Source: Bacteroidetes/Chlorobi group bacterium MS-B_bin-24 (lineage in GTDB: Bacteria > Bacteroidota > Ignavibacteria > Kapaibacteriales > UBA2268). From it: a stretch of 64,000 bases of DNA. The position numbers and the translations under genes are program-made. Below are positions 57,285 to 64,000 of the stretch, piece after piece. The notes under the pieces were generated by a model. The model ran no database searches. It was not told the DNA's origin and saw nothing but the letters and a program-made list of their open reading frames with translations. The DNA lies in NCBI GenBank assembly GCA_003731685.1, contig RCNO01000006.1, forward strand, positions 11,753-75,752, in the 5' to 3' direction. Each line of letters opens with the position of its first letter. Positions within the stretch are counted from its first letter, which is position 1.

Positions 57285-58445
57285 CTACGATTCGAAACAA
57301 CCAAGTAAGCGAGCGATAACAAGTCGCTGAATTTCGCTGGTGCCTTCGCCAATTTCCAGCAGTTTTTGGTCGCGATAATACCTTTCGGCATCGTATTCTT
57401 TCATCAATCCGTAACCGCCAAGAATTTGAACACAATGATTTGCGCAAAGATGAGCCACTTCGGAGCAAAACAGCTTGGCAATAGCCGATTCCATTGTTAT
57501 TCTTTGTTTGTTATCGAGCATTCGACAAGCATTGTAAAGATAAGTGCGAGCAAGGTCGATATACATTTGCATATCGGCAAGTTTGAAAGCAATAGCTTGG
57601 TGCGAAGCAATTGGCTGGCCAAAAGTTTTGCGTGTTTTTGCATAGTTTAAAGCATATTCAAATGCACCTTGGGCAAGCCCAAGTCCCATCGCAGCAATTG
57701 CGAGCCGTCCGTTGTCCAGCGTTTTAAGCATTTGCTTGAATCCATCGCCACGTTTGCCGAGAATGTTATCATCGGGAACAACGACATCTTCGAGAATCAA
57801 TTCGCTGGTGTTCGAAGCGCGCCACATCATCTTGTTTTTCATTGGCTTAGCAGTGAACCCGGGAGTGCCGTTTTCGACAAGGAAACAGGTGTACTCTTTT
57901 TTCCCATTCGGTAAAGTCCCCGTAACAGCGAGTATCGTTGAACCAAGAGTAATATCGGTCGAAGCATTTGTGATAAAAATTTTTGTGCCGTTCAAAATCC
58001 ATTTGTTTCCATCTTTGACTGCTGTGGTTTTGGTATTTCCGGCATCGCTTCCTGCCTCGGGTTCTGTCAGACCAAAGCCCCAAAGATATCCCGAGGCGAG
58101 TTTCGGCAAATACTTTTTCTTTTGCTCTTCATTCCCAAAATAATAAATTGGACCGATTCCCAAAGAATTGTGGGCAGCAACAGTTGCAGCCTGTGAACTA
58201 TCGACACGGGTAAGTTCTTCGACTATTATTATGTACGAAAGATAATCGAGATTTGAACCACCATATTCCTCGGGAATGAAGCATCCGAGGAAGCCCATTT
58301 CAGCCATCTTGCGGGTAAGTTCATAGGAGAATTCTTCTTTCGCGTCCAATTCCCTTGCCAGTGGTTTTATCTCTTCTTCGGCAAATTTACGAACTGTTTC
58401 TCTTAAAAGTATTTGCTCATCGCTAAGGTTGAATTTGTTATCCAT
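57285..58445 (-). CDS. Acyl-CoA dehydrogenase (short/branched-chain type)
   Basis: ACAD architecture with GFGLTEPEAGSDAG, FITNA, and C-terminal YRDQKLLEIGEGTSEIQRLVIAR (catalytic Glu region). Confidence 0.9.
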   Translation of the reverse strand: MDNKFNLSDEQILLRETVRKFAEEEIKPLARELDAKEEFSYELTRKMAEMGFLGCFIPEEYGGSNLDYLSYIIIVEELTRVDSSQAATVAAHNSLGIGPIYYFGNEEQKKKYLPKLASGYLWGFGLTEPEAGSDAGNTKTTAVKDGNKWILNGTKIFITNASTDITLGSTILAVTGTLPNGKKEYTCFLVENGTPGFTAKPMKNKMMWRASNTSELILEDVVVPDDNILGKRGDGFKQMLKTLDNGRLAIAAMGLGLAQGAFEYALNYAKTRKTFGQPIASHQAIAFKLADMQMYIDLARTYLYNACRMLDNKQRITMESAIAKLFCSEVAHLCANHCVQILGGYGLMKEYDAERYYRDQKLLEIGEGTSEIQRLVIARLLGCFES

Positions 58446-58594
58446 TATCTTTGAATAATATGTTTTACATCATTAAAATCGTTTTTAAAAAATCAAAAAA
58501 TTTTTTATATATTGAAAATGTAATATTAACAAATTTTTTTTAAAAAATATGATAATTTGTGTTTTTATTTGTTGCAATTTTTAAAGGAGAACTT

Positions 58595-59734
58595 ATGGAT
58601 TATTTACTGACAGAAGAACAGAAAATGCTTCGCGAGATGGTAGCGAAATTTGCGAAGGAAAAAATTGCTCCTGTTGCATCCGAAAATGAACGGAACCATC
58701 GCTTCCCTTGGGATATAATTCGCGAAGCAGGGGAACTTGGACTGATGGGTATCGCCTATCCGCAGGAATATGGCGGTGCTGGTATGGATTTCGTTTCCTA
58801 TTTCCTTGCCATCGAAGAAATTTCGCGTTGGTGTGCTTCGACTGGCGTCATAATTTCTGCCCACTCATCGCTGGTTTGCGACCCGATTTACCGATTTGGC
58901 ACCGAAGAGCAAAAGCGAAAGTATTTACCCGACCTACTCAGCGGGCGAAAGATTGGGAGCTTCTCGTTGACCGAAGCCCAAGCAGGTTCAGACGCTGGCA
59001 ATACAAAAACAACGGCAATAAAATCTGGCAATAAGTGGATTTTGAACGGTTCAAAGCTTTTTGCAACCAACGGAGCCGAAGCCGACATATTTGTTCTAAT
59101 AGCATCGACCGACCCCGGAAAAAAGACCAAAGGCGTAAGCGCCTTTATCGTCGAAAAAGATATGCCCGGGTATCGAATTGGCAAAGTCGAGCGGAAGCTT
59201 GGTATTAGAGCATCTTCGACTGCCGAGATTATTTTAGAAAACGTAGAAGTGCCCGAAGAAAATCTGCTTGGCGAACTTAACCAGGGCTTTAAAGTTGCAA
59301 TGGTAACACTCGATGGCGGGCGATTGGGAATTGCAGCACAGGCGCTTGGTATCGCTCGTGCTTGCTTAGAAGATTCCGTTAAATATGCAAAAGAGCGTGT
59401 GCAATTCGACCAGCCCATAGCAAATTTCCAAGCGATTCAATGGATGCTTGCAGATATGTGGATGGAATACGAAGCTGCGCGGCTGCTTACTTGGCGGGCG
59501 TCGGTTTTGAAAGACCGCGGGCTTCCTTATACTGCCGAGGCTGCAATGGCTAAACTTAAAGCTTCCGAAGTTGCTATGGATGCTGCTCGCAAAGCAGTTC
59601 AAATCCACGGTGGCTACGGATATACAGAAGATTTCAACGTGGAACGATACTACCGCGATGCAAAAATCACTGAAATTTACGAAGGAACAAGCGAAATCCA
59701 AAGATTGGTAATTTCGAGACACCTTTTAAAATAA
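58595..59734 (+). CDS. Acyl-CoA dehydrogenase (butyryl/short-chain type)
   Basis: SFSLTEAQAGSDAG, FATNG, and YRDAKITEIYEGTSEIQRLVISR. aaggaga RBS upstream of the ATG at 58595. Divergent from the other ACAD gene. Confidence 0.9.
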   Translation: MDYLLTEEQKMLREMVAKFAKEKIAPVASENERNHRFPWDIIREAGELGLMGIAYPQEYGGAGMDFVSYFLAIEEISRWCASTGVIISAHSSLVCDPIYRFGTEEQKRKYLPDLLSGRKIGSFSLTEAQAGSDAGNTKTTAIKSGNKWILNGSKLFATNGAEADIFVLIASTDPGKKTKGVSAFIVEKDMPGYRIGKVERKLGIRASSTAEIILENVEVPEENLLGELNQGFKVAMVTLDGGRLGIAAQALGIARACLEDSVKYAKERVQFDQPIANFQAIQWMLADMWMEYEAARLLTWRASVLKDRGLPYTAEAAMAKLKASEVAMDAARKAVQIHGGYGYTEDFNVERYYRDAKITEIYEGTSEIQRLVISRHLLK

Positions 59735-59763
59735 GTTTGTTGAACATTTTTTGCTAAATAGAA

Positions 59764-62700
59764 ATGAACATAAAATTGCTTACAGCAACGGCGTTGTTCG
59801 ATGGACACGATGTTTCCGTTAATCTTTTTCGACGCCTCCTTCAGCGCCGTGGTGCAGAAGTTATCCACTTAGGACACAACCGCTCGGTTCGCGAAGTGGT
59901 TACCGTCGCTATTCAAGAAGATGTTGACGCACTCCTCATTAGTTCCTACCAAGGAGGGCATAACGAGTATTTCCGCTTTTTGGTCGACCAACTTCGCGAA
60001 TTGGGAGCCGAAGAGAAACAAATTTTTGGTGGCGGCGGGGGTGTGATTCTTCCGTCGGAAATCAAAGATTTGGAAGAATACGGAGTGACCAAACTTTACC
60101 ACGCCATCGATGGACAACGTTTGGGCATTAATGGAATAGCCGACGATATTATGCGAAGAATAAAAGAGAACAAACCGAGAATAGAAAGTAAGGCGCTGAA
60201 AGAATTTACCGAAGAGCTTATAGCCTCGAACACCACGACGAATCATTTTTCCATCGCAAAGCAAATTACTTTTATCGAAGAGAAACTGCCGAACCATCCC
60301 GAACCCGATACAATTCGTGAAATGTTGCGGAAATTCGACAAGGGCAAGTCTTTGGTAATTGGTTTCACTGGTCCGGGTGGATGTGGTAAAAGCTCATTGA
60401 TAGATGAATTGATTGGGAGGTTCCTTGCCTATGTGCCAAACATTTCGATTGCTGTTCTTGCCAGCGACCCAACGAAAAGCACAACTGGCGGGGCTTTGCT
60501 CGGCGATAGAATCCGTTACAATCATATTTACGACCCCAGAGTTTTCTTCCGTAGTTTTGCCACAAGGAACAGCGGAAGCGATGTGGGACAATTCGTTCGC
60601 GATTCCATCGATTTGCTTAAAACTTGTGGCTTCGACCTAATCCTTGTCGAAACTCCCGGAATTGGTCAAGGCGATAGTCAAATCAAATCGCTTTCGGATT
60701 TCTCGGTGTATGTTATGACCGCAGAATTCGGCGCTCCCAGCCAATTGGAAAAAATCGATATGCTCGATTTAGCCGATTATATTGCCATAAACAAGTTTGA
60801 GAAAATTGGTTCCGAAGATGCTCTTCGCGAAGTAATTATTCATTACATCCGGACACACCAACTGAATGTGCCTCGCGGGACTACGCTTGAATCGCTCGAC
60901 CTGCCTATATTCGCTTGCAGTAGTAATCAATTCAATAACCACGGAGTGAACAAATTCTTCAAGGCTTTGCTTAAATTGCTTCGTGACACCAAAAAGGGGG
61001 ATTACGGAGTCAAAGAAGATGTTATCGAACTTTTGCCGACGGAACTTGTTCGCGACTATGGTCTAATAAACAACCGAAGGATAAACTATCTTGCCGAAAT
61101 TGCCGAAACAGTTCGTAAATACAAAAAAATGGTCAAAGAGCAAAGCCAAATTGCAACCGAGGCTTATTCGCTGAAAAAAACTCTCGATGTACTTCGGAAA
61201 GAAAATATTGACGGCAAGATGGCTGATGAACTCAATCAACTATTCCAAAAGAAATGGTCCGAGCTTTCGAAAGATTCACAAGAACTTTTGCTAACTTGGG
61301 AAGATAAAAAAAGGCTTTATCAGCAGGATAAAATCAAATACAAAATTCAAAACCAAGAAGTGGAAATTGACCTTTACAGCAAATCAATCTGCGGTTCAAA
61401 CATTCCAAAAGTTGCTTTGCCCAAATTTGAAGATTGGGGTAATTTACTCAAGTTCTTATATTTAGAGAATTTGCCGGGATTTTTCCCATACACGGCTGGT
61501 GTATTCCCATTCAAAAGAACCACAGAAGACCCCAAACGGCAATTCGCAGGCGAAGGTGGACCAGCCCGAACCAACAAGCGTTTCCACTTCCTAACTAAAA
61601 ACGATAGAGCAAAGCGGCTTTCCGTTGCTTTCGATGGCGTTACTCTTTACGGCGAAGACCCTGCACGCGACCCCGACATTTACGGGAAAATCGGCGAAAG
61701 CGGTGTTTCGGTGTGCACAATCGAAGATATGGATGTGCTACTGCAAGGCTTCGACCAAACCGACCCCTTGACATCTGTTTCTATGACAATCAACGCACCC
61801 GCCCCGATAATGGTTGCTTTCTACTTTATGGTTGCCTACAAGCGTGAACTCGAAAAGTTGAAAGCCCAGGGCATTGAACTTTCCGAAGAAGAAAAGGAGA
61901 AATTAAAAATCGAAACCTTCCGCAAATTGCGTGGTACCGTCCAAGCCGATATGCTAAAAGAAGACCAAGGGCAAAACACCTGTATTTTTTCGATTGACTT
62001 TGCTATGAGGCTTATCGGCGATGTTCAGGAATACCTTTCAAAGCATAAAATTCGAAATTATTATTCGTTAAGTATTAGTGGTTATCATATAGCCGAGGCT
62101 GGGGCTAATCCCATAACACAACTTGCCTTCACTTTGGCAAATGGATTTACTTATGTGGAATATTTCCTGAACCGAGGCATCCCTGTCGATGAATTTGCGC
62201 CAAATCTTTCATTCTTTTTCTCGAATGGTATGGACCCTGAATATTCCGTTATTGGTCGAGTAGCTCGGCGCATCTGGGCAATTGCTATGAAATATGTTTA
62301 TGGTGCAAACGAACGAAGCCAAAAGCTCAAATACCATATCCAAACTTCTGGTAGAAGCCTTCACGCACAGGAAATTGACTTTAACGATATTCGAACTACT
62401 TTGCAGGGCTTGCTGGCAATGTATGATAATTGCAATTCCTTGCATACTAATTCATACGATGAAGCAATTACAACGCCAACCGAAGAATCGGTTCGACGCG
62501 CAATGGCAATTCAATTGATATTATCCAAAGAATTTGGGATTTTAAAAAACGAAAATCCGAACCAAGGCTCTTTCATTATCGAAGAGCTTACCGACCTTGT
62601 CGAAGAAGCTGTTTTGGACCAATTTTTGGCGCTTTCCCGTCGTGGAGGTGTTTTGGGCGCAATGGAAACACAATACCAACGGTCGAAAATCCAAGAGCAA

Positions 62701-63030
62701 TCGCTTTACTACGAGTCGTTGAAAGAAAGCGGAGAGTATCCAATCATTGGTGTAAACACCTTCATCAACGAAAATCCTGTTAATTATTACGACAATATGA
62801 AAGTTACAAGAGCAACAATCGAGGAGAAGGAAGAAAGATTGCAACAAGTAGCCGATTTCAAGGAACGACACAAAGACAAAAAGCAAGAGGCTTTGGATAG
62901 ATTGAGAAACGTTGCTCTCTCGGGCGGGAATATATTCGAAGAGATGCTCAATGCTGTTGAGCATTGCACTATGGGCGAAATCACCCAGTTGCTTTACCAA
63001 ATTGGTGGAAAATATCGCAGAGGAATGTAA
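59764..63030 (+). CDS. icmF: Fused isobutyryl-CoA mutase (B12-binding domain, MeaB-like G-protein, mutase TIM-barrel)
   Basis: 1088 aa. N-terminal B12 domain (ALFDGHDVS...HLGHN). Middle P-loop GTPase (GPGGCGKSS, ETPGIGQ, INKFE). C-terminal methylmalonyl-CoA-mutase-like substrate domain (FPYTAGVFPFKR, TQLAFTLANG). Confidence 0.9.
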   Translation: MNIKLLTATALFDGHDVSVNLFRRLLQRRGAEVIHLGHNRSVREVVTVAIQEDVDALLISSYQGGHNEYFRFLVDQLRELGAEEKQIFGGGGGVILPSEIKDLEEYGVTKLYHAIDGQRLGINGIADDIMRRIKENKPRIESKALKEFTEELIASNTTTNHFSIAKQITFIEEKLPNHPEPDTIREMLRKFDKGKSLVIGFTGPGGCGKSSLIDELIGRFLAYVPNISIAVLASDPTKSTTGGALLGDRIRYNHIYDPRVFFRSFATRNSGSDVGQFVRDSIDLLKTCGFDLILVETPGIGQGDSQIKSLSDFSVYVMTAEFGAPSQLEKIDMLDLADYIAINKFEKIGSEDALREVIIHYIRTHQLNVPRGTTLESLDLPIFACSSNQFNNHGVNKFFKALLKLLRDTKKGDYGVKEDVIELLPTELVRDYGLINNRRINYLAEIAETVRKYKKMVKEQSQIATEAYSLKKTLDVLRKENIDGKMADELNQLFQKKWSELSKDSQELLLTWEDKKRLYQQDKIKYKIQNQEVEIDLYSKSICGSNIPKVALPKFEDWGNLLKFLYLENLPGFFPYTAGVFPFKRTTEDPKRQFAGEGGPARTNKRFHFLTKNDRAKRLSVAFDGVTLYGEDPARDPDIYGKIGESGVSVCTIEDMDVLLQGFDQTDPLTSVSMTINAPAPIMVAFYFMVAYKRELEKLKAQGIELSEEEKEKLKIETFRKLRGTVQADMLKEDQGQNTCIFSIDFAMRLIGDVQEYLSKHKIRNYYSLSISGYHIAEAGANPITQLAFTLANGFTYVEYFLNRGIPVDEFAPNLSFFFSNGMDPEYSVIGRVARRIWAIAMKYVYGANERSQKLKYHIQTSGRSLHAQEIDFNDIRTTLQGLLAMYDNCNSLHTNSYDEAITTPTEESVRRAMAIQLILSKEFGILKNENPNQGSFIIEELTDLVEEAVLDQFLALSRRGGVLGAMETQYQRSKIQEQSLYYESLKESGEYPIIGVNTFINENPVNYYDNMKVTRATIEEKEERLQQVADFKERHKDKKQEALDRLRNVALSGGNIFEEMLNAVEHCTMGEITQLLYQIGGKYRRGM

Positions 63031-63548
63031 TGGCTGAAAATCCTATTGAATTGTTAACCCGAGAAAAACTTCTCGAGTTGTTAAAAATTTATGCAAAAAA
63101 TTGGCTTGCACACGATGGATGTTGGTTCCTTGCAGTCGAAAAAAAATTGGGGATGAATGCGGCTATCGAATTCGACCGCGATGCCTGGGAGCAGTTCACT
63201 CAAATCGAAGCACGAAGAATTAAGGAATTTCTTGGACTTCCCGAAAATTCTGGTTTGAAAGGCTTGGAGCAAGCATTACAGTTTCGACTTTATTCCACGC
63301 TCGATGAACAATTTTCGGAATTCGAGGACGCAAAGACTTTGGTGCATTATGTTCGCACGTGCCGAGTTCAAGAAGCGCGAAGGCGAAAAGGCTTGCCCGA
63401 TTTCCCTTGTCAATCTGTTGGTATCGTGGAATATTCACTTTTTGCCACAACCATTGACAAAAGAATAGAAACGACATTCGTCTCTTGTCCCCCATCTATA
63501 ACCAATCCTAACTTTTATTGTATTTGGAAATTTCAACTAAAAGATTAA
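63030..63548 (+). CDS. Conserved hypothetical cytosolic protein, translationally coupled to icmF
   Basis: ATG overlaps the icmF TAA (taATG). 172 aa with [17 protein letters not shown] and C-terminal Cys residues (CRVQEA...FPCQSVG...SCPP). I could not assign a family with confidence. Confidence 0.5.
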   Translation: MAENPIELLTREKLLELLKIYAKNWLAHDGCWFLAVEKKLGMNAAIEFDRDAWEQFTQIEARRIKEFLGLPENSGLKGLEQALQFRLYSTLDEQFSEFEDAKTLVHYVRTCRVQEARRRKGLPDFPCQSVGIVEYSLFATTIDKRIETTFVSCPPSITNPNFYCIWKFQLKD

Positions 63549-63553
63549 AGAAA

Positions 63554-64000
63554 ATGGAAAGATTCAAAAGTCGCATCAACACAAAATCTCCGGATTATAA
63601 AGCAAATTATGAAAATTCGTTGAACTTGGTTAATCAATTGCGAGAACGCCTCGAAATTGTTAAGCAAGGCGGACCCCCGAAAGCCCGCGAAAAGCACCTG
63701 AGTCGCGGAAAATTGCTGCCACGAGACCGAATTCGTAAGCTATGCGACCCCGACACACCTTTCCTCGAGCTTTCTCCGCTCGCAGCTTGGGATATGTATG
63801 ACAACGAAGCTCCATCGGCAGGGATAATCACAGGAATTGGGGTCGTCAAAGGCAGGGAATGTATGATTGTTGCAAACGATGCAACCGTGAAAGGCGGAAC
63901 ATACTTCCCGATGACGATAAAGAAACACGTGCGTGCCCAAGAAGTGGCAATGCAAAACCGTCTGCCCTGCATTTATCTTGTCGATTCTGGTGGAATATTT
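63554..64000 (+). CDS. Acyl-CoA carboxylase carboxyltransferase (beta) subunit, methylcrotonoyl-CoA carboxylase-like; 3' end outside window
   Basis: Not in the ORF track because no stop is reached. Hand translation from the ATG at 63554 gives [20 protein letters not shown]...[101 protein letters not shown], a typical MCC-beta/PCC-beta N-terminus. Confidence 0.85.
   Translation, partial: MERFKSRINTKSPDYKANYENSLNLVNQLRERLEIVKQGGPPKAREKHLSRGKLLPRDRIRKLCDPDTPFLELSPLAAWDMYDNEAPSAGIITGIGVVKGRECMIVANDATVKGGTYFPMTIKKHVRAQEVAMQNRLPCIYLVDSGGIF

Overview
64-kb chromosomal window, moderately AT-rich and densely coding: about 60 CDS, 3 tRNAs, no rRNA, no CRISPR array, no transposase or integrase. T9SS-type C-terminal sorting domains, a MoxR/DUF58/BatA operon, LpxH, OmpA-domain proteins and a BshB1-like deacetylase suggest a Gram-negative FCB-group bacterium (Ignavibacteriota/Bacteroidota/Chlorobiota-like); this is inference only. 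Most genes are housekeeping: S1-domain protein, clpC, coaX, birA, lpxH, nuoJK, nuoAB, rpiB, hslV, maf, murG, ftsI-like PBP, pth, siroheme genes, nnr, tgt, yajC, ribBA, fkpA, cutA. The right end carries an acyl-CoA cluster: archaeal-type HMG-CoA synthase/thiolase/DUF35 trio, two acyl-CoA dehydrogenases, fused isobutyryl-CoA mutase IcmF, and an acyl-CoA carboxylase beta subunit that runs off the window. Items worth a second look: (1) a four-gene operon at 17189..24151 that looks like an uncharacterised cell-envelope complex (bitopic periplasmic protein, two putative outer-membrane barrels, vWA-OmpA protein); (2) a dispersed family of nested palindromic intergenic repeats (core AGACATC-N-GATGTCT, 10 copies) plus a GC-rich 28-nt palindrome (3 copies), including a ~150-nt phased triple copy at 36655..36985; (3) two AT-rich defence islets, a DUF262/DUF1524 GmrSD-like gene and a type II R-M pair; (4) a secreted BNR/T9SS gene split by an in-frame TGA; (5) scattered nuo and dcw genes. 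All function calls rest on motifs read from the translations; no database search was run.
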